Of a DNA stretch of 64,000 nt, positions 16,761-28,892 are shown one piece after another. The notes beneath the pieces are model-generated. The model was not told the origin of the DNA and searched no databases. It saw only the letters and a list, made by a program, of their open reading frames with translations. The position numbers and the translations under genes were made by a program. Source of the stretch: Acidobacteriota bacterium (GTDB lineage Bacteria > Acidobacteriota > Blastocatellia > RBC074); the NCBI GenBank assembly GCA_016789605.1, contig JAEUQO010000341.1, positions 7,751 through 71,750 on the forward strand, in the 5' to 3' direction. The number at the start of each line of letters is the position of its first letter. Within the stretch, counting starts at the first letter, position 1.

Positions 16761-19412
16761 ATGACCTTCTGTACCAATTGCGGCAAGAAATTGAACGTGG
16801 GCGCAACGAAGTGTGATACCTGCGGCATTGGTGTGATTGCTGTTCGGCCGACTCCTCCCGAAGCACCTGCGAAGGGCACGGTAGCGGATTCTGATGACCT
16901 CAAAACTCAAATCAAACAATTTCATACAAGCAGCCCTGAGGGGGACGTTGGTATGACCGAAAAATTGGCGTCGGCGTTTCCGCTAGGCTCGCAAGTTGGC
17001 CGCGTGTTGGGCGGGCGATATCAGTTGGATGATTGCATCGGTGGTGGCGGCATGGGCGAGATTTACCGCGCGCGTCGCTTGCATATTGGCGACACCGTGG
17101 CCGTCAAAGTGTTGCGGCCCGATGTGGTGGAAAATGAAAAGTCGCGCCAACGGTTTTATCGCGAAGCCCGCGCGGCGGCGATGTTGCACCATCCCAACGC
17201 GGTCGTGATTCACGATTTCGGCGAAGACAGCGACGGCACCGCCTATATTGTGATGGAGCTTTTGGTGGGCCGGAATTTGCGCCAGTTGTTGGTGGATGAA
17301 GGGCCGATCAGTCCCGTGCGCGCTTATGGGATCATCAAGCAAACTTGTGCTGCGCTGGAGGCGGGGCATCGCAACGGCATCGTGCACCGCGACATCAAAC
17401 CTGACAACATCGTGTTGCTGGATTCACACGATGACACCGACCACGTGAAGCTGCTTGATTTCGGGATTGCCAAAGTGCTCGACAAAGCGCTTGATACGCT
17501 CAGCCTGGAACAGCGCTTGACCAACGTCGGCACCGTGATCGGCACACCGCATTACATGTCGCCTGAACAGTGTCAGGGAGAAGAAGCCGATCCTCGTTCT
17601 GATATCTATAGCCTTGGCGTTGTGTTGTATGAATTGTTGACGGGCGTTGTGCCGTTCATCGCGAAAACGCCCACAGGCGTCGCGATCAAACATGTGACCG
17701 AAGCGCCCCGTCCGTTGCACGAACTAAATCCTTCGATTCCGATTACGGTGGAATCTGTGGTATTGCGTGCTTTGGAAAAAGAACCGGGCGCACGCCAGCC
17801 CTCAGCGCTGGAATTGGCGCGCGAATTTGAACTGGCGGTGCGCAGTTCTGCGCCGCTCGAAGACACGACGCAAATCCTCAACACTTCCGCCGAACGGCAA
17901 ATGGCCGAGCAGTTGAAAAAAGCGCCTCCGGCGGCGACCGATCTGCTCACGCCTGCGGCGGATACTGGAAACCAAAAGAAACTGGGGACCAAACCCCAGA
18001 GCTTTGACACGATGATTTCCACGCCGGCAGGGGGAGACGGCGAAGCACAGGCAAATACCAATATCTTGCCCGCTTCGAAGCAAACCGGCGAACAGAAGCT
18101 TTCGACGCAAGATTTACGGACACAAGTCATCGAGCCGGCTTCACCGACGCCACAGGAAAAAGTAAAGTCAGAACCGGCCAAGACTGCCCCCCAGAAGCCC
18201 GCCAAACAAAAAGAAACCAGTACGCAAAAAACGCCTGCCAGTGCCGCGACAGAAGCCTTTCGCACAGATCCTTTTGCGGGCACGGATATATTGTCGGACG
18301 CAAAACCGGAACCCCAAAAACAACCTAGTGCTGTCGTTAGCGAAGCCAAACCAGTCGCACCAGCCAAACCAGCCGCGCCAGCCAGTATGGCGGCTGCTCC
18401 GGCGAAATCACGTGCGCCAATGTTGATCGGGTTGGGGGTGGTTGTATTGGCTTTGGCCGGAGCCGGAGCATGGTTGTTCAGCTCCGGTGGCGAAAAGTCC
18501 GGCGGATCATCTGCGACGCCGTCTGCATCGCCTGGGGCGGTTGCTTCGTCACAATCGTCGCCATCGGCAGTTCAAACCTATCCGGCACAAGCTGCACCCG
18601 AAGGAATGGTTTATGTGATTGGCGGCCCCATTCGCATCGGTCGTGACGACGGAGAAGAAAGCGAACGGCCTGCGCATACGATGACGGTCAAACCGTTTTA
18701 CATTGACCTGACCGAAGTCACCAACGAGCAGTATCAAAAGTTTATTGACGAAAAAGGCTATCCTGCGCCGCCTTCGTGGCAGGGAAATCGCTTCCCGGCG
18801 GGGTCTGAAAAGCTTCCCGTGACGGACGTCAGTTGGGAAGATGCCAACGCTTATGCGCAATGGGCAGGCAAGCGATTGCCCACCGAAGAAGAGTGGGAAT
18901 TTGCCGCGCGTGGTTCTGATGACCGCAAGATTTTCCCCTGGGGCGAAGATTGGCGCGACAATGCAGCCAATGTAATGGCAGACGAAAAGGATCAAAAACA
19001 GTTGGTTGCGGTCGGCCAGTTTTCTGCAGGAGCCAGCATCTTTGGCGTTCTTGATCTCATCGGAAATGCGTGGGAATGGACGGCCAGCGATTATCAGGCT
19101 TACCCGGGCGGCAAAGTGGAAGCGCTGCCGGGTTTTTCAAACCTGAAAGTGATTCGCGGCGGCTCATTCCAAAGCCTGGCGAAAAAGACCACCGCTACGT
19201 TGCGTCGCGGCTGGCCTGGCAGCCGGAAAGATTGGCCTGCCAACCGCAAGCCGGATTACGGTCAAACGGGCTTCCGCTGTGCACAAGACGCCAAATCAAC
19301 GGCTTATTGGCAAGCGCCGGAATTGCATCGCTCGCAAGTTGCTGAAGTCGTGCTGAACAAAGCCGCGAGTGTGCGGCGACGAGTTAATCGCCTACAAAAT
19401 CGTTTCTTATAG
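16761..19412 (+). CDS. Ser/Thr protein kinase with an N-terminal zinc ribbon, one TM helix and a C-terminal FGE-sulfatase (SUMF1-like) domain
   Basis: It starts [17 protein letters not shown]. Hanks motifs are [34 protein letters not shown] and [15 protein letters not shown]-rich linker leads to the TM helix [23 protein letters not shown] motifs are [40 protein letters not shown] and RGGSF. Confidence 0.9.
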   Translation: MTFCTNCGKKLNVGATKCDTCGIGVIAVRPTPPEAPAKGTVADSDDLKTQIKQFHTSSPEGDVGMTEKLASAFPLGSQVGRVLGGRYQLDDCIGGGGMGEIYRARRLHIGDTVAVKVLRPDVVENEKSRQRFYREARAAAMLHHPNAVVIHDFGEDSDGTAYIVMELLVGRNLRQLLVDEGPISPVRAYGIIKQTCAALEAGHRNGIVHRDIKPDNIVLLDSHDDTDHVKLLDFGIAKVLDKALDTLSLEQRLTNVGTVIGTPHYMSPEQCQGEEADPRSDIYSLGVVLYELLTGVVPFIAKTPTGVAIKHVTEAPRPLHELNPSIPITVESVVLRALEKEPGARQPSALELAREFELAVRSSAPLEDTTQILNTSAERQMAEQLKKAPPAATDLLTPAADTGNQKKLGTKPQSFDTMISTPAGGDGEAQANTNILPASKQTGEQKLSTQDLRTQVIEPASPTPQEKVKSEPAKTAPQKPAKQKETSTQKTPASAATEAFRTDPFAGTDILSDAKPEPQKQPSAVVSEAKPVAPAKPAAPASMAAAPAKSRAPMLIGLGVVVLALAGAGAWLFSSGGEKSGGSSATPSASPGAVASSQSSPSAVQTYPAQAAPEGMVYVIGGPIRIGRDDGEESERPAHTMTVKPFYIDLTEVTNEQYQKFIDEKGYPAPPSWQGNRFPAGSEKLPVTDVSWEDANAYAQWAGKRLPTEEEWEFAARGSDDRKIFPWGEDWRDNAANVMADEKDQKQLVAVGQFSAGASIFGVLDLIGNAWEWTASDYQAYPGGKVEALPGFSNLKVIRGGSFQSLAKKTTATLRRGWPGSRKDWPANRKPDYGQTGFRCAQDAKSTAYWQAPELHRSQVAEVVLNKAASVRRRVNRLQNRFL

Positions 19413-19420
19413 GATCGTGT

Positions 19421-20475
19421 ATGAAGAGACAACTTTTCTCCTGTGCAGTACTTTTGGTGTTGATTCTCTTCGCCCCGTTCAACGCCTCTTTCAAGGTTTA
19501 TGGGCAAGGCGGCGATGGCAAGCTGACGCCTGATCCGAAACCAACCCCCACACCCAAAGGCGGAAAAGGCGCAAAGCCAGCCGCTCCGGTAACGCCAACG
19601 CTGTCTTTCAATGAAGAAGAAAAAGGGCGCTTTGACCCGCGTGCGGCAGAGAAGTTCGAAGAGTTTTTGCTCGCCGCGAAAAGTTCAGACTGGTTGACCT
19701 TCAAACTTACCAGCGAAAATCCTGCGCTCAACCTGCAGCTTCTCGACAAAGACAAAACTGAAATTCCCTTGAGCAAAGACGCTGCGAGCGGCGAATTCAA
19801 AGTGGCAACGGCTTCGGGGGCTTTGCCTGCTGATGGTGAATATCGTGTTCGCGTGACGGGACCGGGCACTGGTCGCACGGCGATTCCGTTCACCCTGAAA
19901 GTCAATCGCTTGGGATTGCTGACAAGCGTATACAACGAACGCTTCCAGAAAATTGTCTTGAACTATCGCGAAGAAGATCAGGCAGCCGCAGACGAGGCGG
20001 TCAACAAACTGGAAGAGTTGGTCAAGGAAGATGCAAACCGGGCGAGTACGTTTGAAATGCTCGGCATCATTTACTTGTACAACAAACACGATTACGAAAA
20101 AGCTGAACAGGCGATGGCGCAGGCAATCAAACTGAATGGCGCTGCGGTGGTCAAAATCACCTATGACGCACAATGGCGGCGCGTGGCGAAATTGCGCACA
20201 GGCAAATTCGGCTGGGAAGAGGCGCGCACAGGCTGGCTGCGGATTCGGCCCGGCCAACTGGTTTTGACTGACCCGAGCAACAAGTCACTGGCTTCGCTGA
20301 ATGGGCAACAGATCAGAGAATTGTCCAAGATTGTGACGGCGGCCAGCTATATGGTTTCAATTACGGCTGAGAATATGCGCCGTCCGTTTATTTTTGCACC
20401 GGCCAGTTTGCAATCGGCGGAAGCCGATCTGGTCGTTAAGCTAATTCAAAATCACGTGATGGGGAAAACTAACTG

Positions 20476-20476
<1 letters not shown>
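19421..20476 (+). CDS. Secreted hypothetical protein
   Basis: It has a signal peptide (MKRQLFSCAVLLVLILFAPFNASFKVYGQ). AGGA lies upstream of the ATG. Its stop overlaps the argH start (TGATG). Confidence 0.7.
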
Positions 20477-21852
<1,376 letters not shown>

Positions 21853-21939
21853 GGGATTTGCCTACTTGTAGGAGAAAATTCGACTGTGTTCTATAAAAAA
21901 TTAAAGCCGACCGGTAAGCTTGGGACCATCCGATCGGCT

Positions 21940-21977
<38 letters not shown>

Positions 21978-22317
21978 GTAGGTATTATTTACACGGTGTA
22001 TTTTTCTGTCAAGCCTAAAAATTAGAATTCTCAGCCGTCAATATAAAGAAACCCTGTGCAAACTGGATATTCTTAATCTAGAAGTCTGCTCTTTGGCAAA
22101 AAAATAAAAATTTTCAGTAATTTTTTTATCCCCATGGCCATGTCGAGGCTTTTTCAGCATCTTTATCAAGCGAACAGGGAGAAATCTACCGGCTAGATTT
22201 CTTTCGCTTTCATAAAGCCTGCTTGTGGAGTGATTTAGTCTGAGGTGGAACGCAAGCAGGTTTTACAGCCATCTTGCCGGGCAATCAAACGTCATTTCCT
22301 TAAGCGAGGGAATGATG

Positions 22318-22412
22318 TGACAACAGGCTGATGTGCAATGGGTTTGAGATTGAGGTTACCGGGGTGGTATTTCTTCTCAGTGTCAAAACCGGCGCACATC
22401 AGCCTGTTGTCA
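22318..22412. repeat. 19-bp perfect inverted repeat enclosing a 57-nt loop (large hairpin)
   Basis: TGACAACAGGCTGATGTGC (22318-22336) is the exact reverse complement of GCACATCAGCCTGTTGTCA (22394-22412). It lies 38 nt downstream of the stop of the minus-strand aminotransferase gene. Confidence 0.85.
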
Positions 22413-22450
22413 TTTGAGAGGAAGAGATGAGCTGGGTGAGAAGGTGCGGT

Positions 22451-23635
22451 TTAGCGAAGCTTCAATAGCTTTTCTGCTGCGGCGTGTAACGTTTCATCAC
22501 GTTTGCAATAGCAAAAGCGCACTTGCTGGGCTCCTAGTTCAGGTTTGCGGTAAAAACTGCTACCCGGCACAACCGCTACACCGATATCTCGTACTAGGTG
22601 TTTGGTGAATTCGATATCATTCTCAAAGCCGAACTTGGTGATGTCCGTCATGATGTAATACGCCCCATCCGGTTTGAAACACTTGAAACCTGCTTCTTCC
22701 AGCACGCCCAATAAGTAATCCCTGCGCGTTCTATATTCCTGCTGCAAATGGTCGTAATAGTTCTGTGGAAGATTGAGTGCGTAAACACCAGCTTCTTGTA
22801 GTGGGGCAGCGGCTCCTACCGTGAGAAAGTCGTGAACTTGGCGAATCCCATTGATCAAATCCGGAGCGGCAATCGCATAACCAACACGCCAACCGGTTAC
22901 AGAATAGGTTTTAGAGAGGCTGTTGATCGTGACCGTACGGTCTCGCATGCCTTCAATCGTCGCGAGAGAGACGTGTTGGATATTGCGGGCAGGGTCGGGA
23001 TACCAGATGTGTTCGTAAATTTCGTCCGTCAGGGCTAAGACGTCGTGTTCAATACAAAGATCGGCAATAAAACGAAGCTCCTCACGAGAAAAGACTTTGC
23101 CCGTGGGGTTATGCGGCGTGGTGATAATAATTGCCTTTGTCTTGTCATTAAAGGTTGAGCGCAGCTCTTGCGGATCAAAGTGCCATTCAGGACGGTCTGT
23201 GGTGGGAGGATACAATGTGACATACCGTACGACGGCATCGGAAAGGATCGCATCTGGCCCATAGTTTTCATAATAGGGCTCAAAAACAATGACTTCGTCT
23301 CCCGGATTGATAACCGCCAACATCGTCGCAATCATCGCTTCGGTTGAACCGCAGGTCACCACTACTTCTCGGTCAGGATCAATTTCCAGCCCTAAATGCC
23401 ATTTCGTTTTGGCCGCGATTGCTTCACGAAAGCGCTTAGCGCCCCAGGTAATGGCGTATTGATTGATGTCCGCATTAATGGCATCGCAAGCAGCCTGTTT
23501 GATGTCATTGGGAGCGGGGAAATCAGGAAATCCTTGTGAAAGGTTGACGGCTCCGTAGAGCAAGGCTTGTCGGCTCATCTCGCGGATGACCGACTCGGTA
23601 AAGCTAGAGGCTTTGCGCGAAATGCGGTTTAGCAT
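22451..23635 (-). CDS. Class I/II pyridoxal-phosphate aminotransferase (YbdL / kynurenine-aminotransferase-like)
   Basis: It has NLSQGFPDFPAP and the PLP-lysine motif SLSKTYSVTGWRVGY. The start is probably ATG 23635 (MLNRISRKASSF); the track's GTG 23665 is the alternative. Confidence 0.9.
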   Translation of the reverse strand: MLNRISRKASSFTESVIREMSRQALLYGAVNLSQGFPDFPAPNDIKQAACDAINADINQYAITWGAKRFREAIAAKTKWHLGLEIDPDREVVVTCGSTEAMIATMLAVINPGDEVIVFEPYYENYGPDAILSDAVVRYVTLYPPTTDRPEWHFDPQELRSTFNDKTKAIIITTPHNPTGKVFSREELRFIADLCIEHDVLALTDEIYEHIWYPDPARNIQHVSLATIEGMRDRTVTINSLSKTYSVTGWRVGYAIAAPDLINGIRQVHDFLTVGAAAPLQEAGVYALNLPQNYYDHLQQEYRTRRDYLLGVLEEAGFKCFKPDGAYYIMTDITKFGFENDIEFTKHLVRDIGVAVVPGSSFYRKPELGAQQVRFCYCKRDETLHAAAEKLLKLR

Positions 23636-23697
23636 GTTGGTGTGTGGTTGAGCGATAAAGGACACGCAAACGACCGAAGGCGAGCCGCTGCAAAGCG

Positions 23698-23919
23698 TTA
23701 GCGATTAATGCGTGTAACAACGCGATTGCCGGCTCCGCGTTTGATCGTGCGTTTGACGAACTGCTCGACGTCCTGCGGAGACAGCCACTTCGCACCATCT
23801 TGTTCGATCACGCGGAGCGAGCCCTGGGCTGCAGCCAGTTCCAACGTCATCACAGGTACATCAAATTCACGCGCTGCAGCCTTAAAGCTGAGCAGCTCTT
23901 TGCTGTCATAAACACTCAT
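23698..23919 (-). CDS. Small putative helix-turn-helix DNA-binding protein
   Basis: GGGAGAA lies 6 nt upstream of ATG 23919. ELLSFKAAAREFDVPVMTLELAAAQGSL resembles a MerR/excisionase-type HTH. This is a pattern-level call only. Confidence 0.45.
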   Translation of the reverse strand: MSVYDSKELLSFKAAAREFDVPVMTLELAAAQGSLRVIEQDGAKWLSPQDVEQFVKRTIKRGAGNRVVTRINR

Positions 23920-24101
23920 TGTTGTTTCTCCCACTTGAATTGAGTTTTAGGATTGTTGGACGATGAAAACGAGATGATAGAGACCCCTTTGCTTGGTGTC
24001 AAAGCCCGCCTCAGGTCTGTCGCAAAAACAAAAGCCGTGTGAGTGAGAATTGTCTCAACCACACGGCTTTCGCCAATTTTTTATCGCGTGTGCCGGTTCG
24101 C

Positions 24102-24617
24102 CTATGCAGCAATCTTTTTGGTTCTGGTTTTCTTTCCGGCGAGCGCGTTATCAATCATCTCTTCAACTTCTTCGGGCGTCGCTTTGGTCACGTGCGAAAT
24201 CTCACGAATGATCAAGTACCGTGCACGAGCCATTGTCTGCTGTTCTTCGGGTGAGAGGGTCTTGGATTTGCTGAGCTTGGCCATCGTTTTCAGCGAATCT
24301 GCAACTTCGTAAATTTCGCCTGATGCCATACGTTCAGCATTTTTGGCGTTACGTTTTCGATGATCGCTGGCCACCTCGATATCTTTGCCCAAAAACTTGA
24401 GCAGCTTTGGAATGTCTTCCTTTTCAATTAGCTTGCGGACACCAACTTCCTCGGCTTTATTGACCGGAACTAGGACAGTTGTGGTGTCTTGGTGATCTAC
24501 AGGTTTAAGTGCGTAAAGCTTAACTGTTGTATCCCCAACAGTTTGCTCTACAATACCATTGACTCGACAAATGCCGAGCCGCGGATAAATGACTTTGTTG
24601 CCTTCTCTGTATGTCAA
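24102..24617 (-). CDS. carD: CarD/CdnL-family RNA-polymerase-binding transcription regulator
   Basis: TTG start has GGAGAG 7 nt upstream. The N-terminal Tudor-like motif is GNKVIYPRLGICRVNGI, and the C-terminal domain is helical. Confidence 0.8.
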   Translation of the reverse strand: MTYREGNKVIYPRLGICRVNGIVEQTVGDTTVKLYALKPVDHQDTTTVLVPVNKAEEVGVRKLIEKEDIPKLLKFLGKDIEVASDHRKRNAKNAERMASGEIYEVADSLKTMAKLSKSKTLSPEEQQTMARARYLIIREISHVTKATPEEVEEMIDNALAGKKTRTKKIAA

Positions 24618-24795
24618 AGTGTTGCTCTCCTATCTCACCAAAAAGTAAGCGCAGTATAGCACAAGTACCCCATTTCAGAACCTATAGAGTCAGAAATTCA
24701 TTTTCGTCTTCTTTTGATGCAATTTTGCTTGAGTAGAAAGGAGATTGACGCGGCGGGTGGGAAACGTGAACTATTTTGGGGCAGAAGATTAAAGA

Positions 24796-27234
24796 TTATC
24801 GTCGTTGACCGATATTTTGCGTGCCGAAGGTGCCGATACCTTTTAGTGTAAAAGCAAACACAATCCGGTTTTCGTTACGGAAGCCTGCGTTAAAGGTGAC
24901 AGTTTGCACGTTGAAGCTGCAACAATCCCACGCCCAGCCTGCACTCGAATTGAAGATGATCAGCCGCCGGTCTCGGGGAGAGCCATCGAAGAAGCGGTCG
25001 CGCAAATCGTAAACCATCGAAAACCCACCATAGGGGCCGCGAGCTGGATTCCCAACAAATGCCGCAAGGTCCAATTGGTTACCCGGAAAGGTTGTTGGGT
25101 CAAAGCGCAATTGGTCTTCGCGGAATTTGTCCACGGCGACGCGGCGCGTATAAAACCACGATTGACTGAGCGTGATGAATTTTTTCGTGTATCCCGCACC
25201 GACAATAAAATCTCGCAAGTCATGGTAGCGCGTGTCGTAGTTAAGGCGGACGTCGGCAAAAACGGCTTCGGTTGGTCGTAATCTTGCTCGCAAGTTGAGT
25301 GGCGAGACATTACGTTGTAACCCGCCATAGGAAAAACCAGAGAGCGTATTAATCGGAGAAATTTGATTGCGAATGCTCGCGCGTAACGCGCCGCCAAACG
25401 TCGGATCGAAAAAGTATTTTTGTGTGATTGTGATGTCCAGCAGTTCGTGCGGTTGCGGGGCTGAGCCGTCTGCCGGTTTGCGTTTGACCAAAAAACGATT
25501 GCTGACACCGTAAGTTACTTCGTTCGTATCCGCGATGATGTCGCGTTCATCAATGCGAATCGTTCGGTCAAATTCGTCAATTCCCGCCACACGGCGATAT
25601 TCGACAAATGGTTCAATGATGTGTTTGAACCAGGGCGTGCCATTGCGATGCCGGAACACCTTGGCCAATGCAGGTGGCCGCAGGTCTACTTGCAGATCGG
25701 CATAATTGCGCAACAGGTTTTGCCCGATGACCTGACGCGTAAGCGGATTGAGGCTGTCACTATAAAACGTTGAGCGTACACCCACGCTGGGCGTCAAGGT
25801 GAAGCCCGCAAAAGAGCGCAGCGGAAACGTCACACGTGGCGAAAAATCCATGCGCTGCACAACTGACGGTGTTTTCAAGTCAATCGTGTCGCCAGAAGTT
25901 TCGCTACGACGAACACCTTCGAGCGCTGCGCCAAATGAGAAATAGGCTGGAAACGATTCCGAGATTTTTGTGTTGCGCTGATTCAGTTCGAAGCTGGGAA
26001 ATTGCCGGACTTTGACAATGCGGTCGCTGATAAAAAAGCTTTGTTCGCCGAATTGTGAATTGAAACTGAACGAGCGCCAGTTTTTGTTGACGTAAAAGAT
26101 CGAGCGCTCTTCTGGTGAAATGGCCGTCGCAACGTTGTCTGAGAATACTTGGCGAAAGGCGAACGAAGATGTGATGTTTACGTCAGCGACTGCAACGAAA
26201 CCATTTTTGAAATACTGAACGGCATCCGCATAGAAACTACTGCCGCCTTGATCCGGCAATTTACAGCCATCGGCTTCGAGATTGGGATCACAACCCGGAC
26301 GGCGCTTTTGTCCCAGCAACCGGTCAAAGACCAAAAACGAGCCGAACGAAATGCTCGATTTCTCATTCGTACGGGCACGGAAATCAAAGCCCAAGCCGAT
26401 GCCGCGCTGGCTGTATACGTCCGTGCGGACCAGCATGTCTGCACTGCGACCCAGTGTTTGGTAATACGCCAGATGCAACGTTCGGCCCTTAATCGAAGAC
26501 GACCCGGAGCTGGGCAATAGAAATCCCGATGAGCGATCTTTTTTGCTGATGGAGATTGATGCGTATGGCAAATAAAAGACCGGGATGTTTTTTACGCGCA
26601 GCAACGCGTTATAAACCTTGGCGCGATGATCCAGGCGAATCCGGGCGCGCTTGGCCGTGAACGTCCATTTGGGCACACGTTCCTGACAGGCAGTCAGCCG
26701 GACATTTTCCAGACGATAAACATCGTCGCCCGTTTTGTCTGCGCGGTCAGCATCCACAATCAGGACGGTGCCGTCTGGTGTGCGGCTGGTGAAGGCTGTG
26801 GGGGTATAAATCGTGCCGCGTTTGGTCTTGTAGTTGAATTCGAGCCGCTCGCCGGTCAACCGCTGGCCTTGTTGTTCAAAAAATACGTTGCCCTCAGCCA
26901 GCAGATCATTCGTTAACTTATTGAACGTTGCGCGATCGGCAATGATCAACACATCGGCATAGGTGACTTGCACATTACCCGAGGCAACAACGACGTCGCC
27001 CTGGACCTGTTGATCATCAGCATCAATATCAACCTTGTCATCGCCCGCAGCGGTAGGGGCGCTAATAGAGATTTTTCGTGGTGTGGTTTGGCGTTGGGCC
27101 TTGCGTTGCTCTTCTGCTTGGCCAATCGGATTTTCGACCTTTTTCTCAACGCTGCCTGGTTGTTGTGCCGGCAGTGGAAATGTACAAACCAAGGCCAGCA
27201 GCAAACAGCGAAGGAAAAACGTGAACTGAAACAT
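24796..27234 (-). CDS. lptD: LPS-assembly outer-membrane protein LptD (OstA family)
   Basis: It has a signal peptide and an OstA-like N-terminal jellyroll (VQVTYADVLIIADRATFNKLTNDLLAEGNVFFEQQGQRLTGERLEF). The long C-terminal region is beta-barrel-like and rich in aromatic-x-aromatic strands. Confidence 0.85.
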   Translation of the reverse strand: MFQFTFFLRCLLLALVCTFPLPAQQPGSVEKKVENPIGQAEEQRKAQRQTTPRKISISAPTAAGDDKVDIDADDQQVQGDVVVASGNVQVTYADVLIIADRATFNKLTNDLLAEGNVFFEQQGQRLTGERLEFNYKTKRGTIYTPTAFTSRTPDGTVLIVDADRADKTGDDVYRLENVRLTACQERVPKWTFTAKRARIRLDHRAKVYNALLRVKNIPVFYLPYASISISKKDRSSGFLLPSSGSSSIKGRTLHLAYYQTLGRSADMLVRTDVYSQRGIGLGFDFRARTNEKSSISFGSFLVFDRLLGQKRRPGCDPNLEADGCKLPDQGGSSFYADAVQYFKNGFVAVADVNITSSFAFRQVFSDNVATAISPEERSIFYVNKNWRSFSFNSQFGEQSFFISDRIVKVRQFPSFELNQRNTKISESFPAYFSFGAALEGVRRSETSGDTIDLKTPSVVQRMDFSPRVTFPLRSFAGFTLTPSVGVRSTFYSDSLNPLTRQVIGQNLLRNYADLQVDLRPPALAKVFRHRNGTPWFKHIIEPFVEYRRVAGIDEFDRTIRIDERDIIADTNEVTYGVSNRFLVKRKPADGSAPQPHELLDITITQKYFFDPTFGGALRASIRNQISPINTLSGFSYGGLQRNVSPLNLRARLRPTEAVFADVRLNYDTRYHDLRDFIVGAGYTKKFITLSQSWFYTRRVAVDKFREDQLRFDPTTFPGNQLDLAAFVGNPARGPYGGFSMVYDLRDRFFDGSPRDRRLIIFNSSAGWAWDCCSFNVQTVTFNAGFRNENRIVFAFTLKGIGTFGTQNIGQRR

Positions 27235-27254
27235 GAAGTGAGTTGTCTCGGGGC

Positions 27255-27728
27255 TTATCGGCGTGAACCACCGGCAGCGACGCGGCTGGTCGCGGCAAAA
27301 ATACGTTCGTAAAGTTCGGACGGCACTTCGACCTGTTCGGGTTCGGTCAGTGATTCGCGCACGCCTTGCACCAGGCGGCGACAGCTATCACAAACGGCGA
27401 AGTGTTCGTTGAAAATCGTTTCGTAGGAGCTTTCAATCAGGCCATCGAAATAATCAGAGATCAGCGCATCCAGCGTGCGGCAACTGAGCATTTCGCCGGG
27501 CGGCGTCGCCTGAATGATGCGTGCCTTGACGTCCAGGTAGCGGGAGCTTTCCGCCAATTGCATTTCCTTCCATTCCCGGCAGCCGTCCAGGGCTTCGCGC
27601 ACGTCATTGAAGAGTTGATGACACGGGCGACACGCCAACAAGTGTTCGCAGAAACTGCGGCGTACAGGCCGCGCCAGCCCGCAATCCAGATAATCGCTAA
27701 TCAATTCTTCGAAGTGAGTGCACTTCAT
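27255..27728 (-). CDS. Soluble protein with two tandem zf-HC2 (anti-sigma-type) zinc fingers
   Basis: GGAG lies 9 nt upstream of ATG 27728. Finger 1 is CTHFEELISDYLD...FCEHLLACRPC and finger 2 is CRTLDALISDYFD...FNEHFAVCDSC. There is no TM helix. The gene ends 20 nt upstream of lptD on the same strand. Confidence 0.7.
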   Translation of the reverse strand: MKCTHFEELISDYLDCGLARPVRRSFCEHLLACRPCHQLFNDVREALDGCREWKEMQLAESSRYLDVKARIIQATPPGEMLSCRTLDALISDYFDGLIESSYETIFNEHFAVCDSCRRLVQGVRESLTEPEQVEVPSELYERIFAATSRVAAGGSRR

Positions 27729-27920
27729 TCGCTTTTCTCCAATACTTCTTATGAGATCAGGTGAGCGAGCGGCATTGTAGTAAGCGGAACCGCGGATTTC
27801 AAGCCTTCCATTTACTGTCATTTACCAAGGAAGAACTGCTGTTTTCAGTCGTCCTGCTGTGATACATTGCGCCCGTTTTGCGATGACGCACTTTCCGGCA
27901 CAAATTCGAAGGGAATTACA

Positions 27921-28841
27921 ATGACAAAGTTGCGCTACCGTTGTGTATCTGTTGTTTGGCTTTTGTTGTCATTCACCGTGACCGCTTGGTCGCAAAGCGC
28001 CGCTGCAGCATCGGCGAGTAAAGAAGTAGAAATTTACGGACAGAGGATCGTCTATCAAGAAGCAGGGACGCCCGGCAATCCGAAAGTGATTTTGCTGCAC
28101 GGCCTGGGTGGGGATATGAGCAACTGGGCCATGACTGTTCCCGCCCTGGCAGCGAAATATCACGTGTTTGTGCCCGATCAGGTCGGTTTCGGCAAATCAG
28201 ACAAACCGGTGATGAACTATCGCGTCGCGACGTTGGTCGAATTCCTAAATGTGTTTTGCAAGAAGCTCGGTATTGAAAAAGCTTCGCTGGTGGGAAATTC
28301 GCTGGGCGGATGGACTGCCGCCGCATTTACCATTGCCTATCCTGAAAAAGTAGACAAATTGGTGTTGGTGGATGCCGCTGGTTACAGTCCGAAACGCTGG
28401 GGCGGGCCAGAGCCGAATGCGCAGTTGATTTCCACGCTTAATCCTTCGACTACGGCAGATATGAAAGCCGCCTTTGGGTTGATCTTTTACAACAAGGCGA
28501 TGCAAAGCGATGCCTTCATCGAGCAGGCTTTCACGGCAAAGCTCAAACGCGGTGACGGAGCAACAATCAACTCCTTTATCGAAAATGCGCTGCTTGGGCT
28601 GGATTATCTGGACGATAAGGTGAAAGCGATCAAAGCGCCGACCCTTGTCATTTGGGGAAAGCAGGATGGACTGACGCCGCTGGCGTTAGGCGAACTGTTT
28701 GCCAAAGATATCGCCGGAGCGCAATTGGTCGTTTTTGACCAATGCGGCCACGTTCCGCAACTTGAAAAAGGTGGGGATTTCAATAGAGCTGTACTCAAGT
28801 TTCTGGGAGGAGCAGCCTCGGCCTCTACCAATGGGAACTGA
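27921..28841 (+). CDS. Secreted alpha/beta-fold hydrolase
   Basis: It has a signal peptide (MTKLRYRCVSVVWLLLSFTVTAWSQ), HGLGG, the nucleophile elbow GNSLGGW, and a C-terminal QCGHVPQLE. Confidence 0.85.
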   Translation: MTKLRYRCVSVVWLLLSFTVTAWSQSAAAASASKEVEIYGQRIVYQEAGTPGNPKVILLHGLGGDMSNWAMTVPALAAKYHVFVPDQVGFGKSDKPVMNYRVATLVEFLNVFCKKLGIEKASLVGNSLGGWTAAAFTIAYPEKVDKLVLVDAAGYSPKRWGGPEPNAQLISTLNPSTTADMKAAFGLIFYNKAMQSDAFIEQAFTAKLKRGDGATINSFIENALLGLDYLDDKVKAIKAPTLVIWGKQDGLTPLALGELFAKDIAGAQLVVFDQCGHVPQLEKGGDFNRAVLKFLGGAASASTNGN

Positions 28842-28892
28842 CACCGCCTGGTGTGTTAACAGTTTGAAGATCGTCACAGGAATAGCAGTTTT

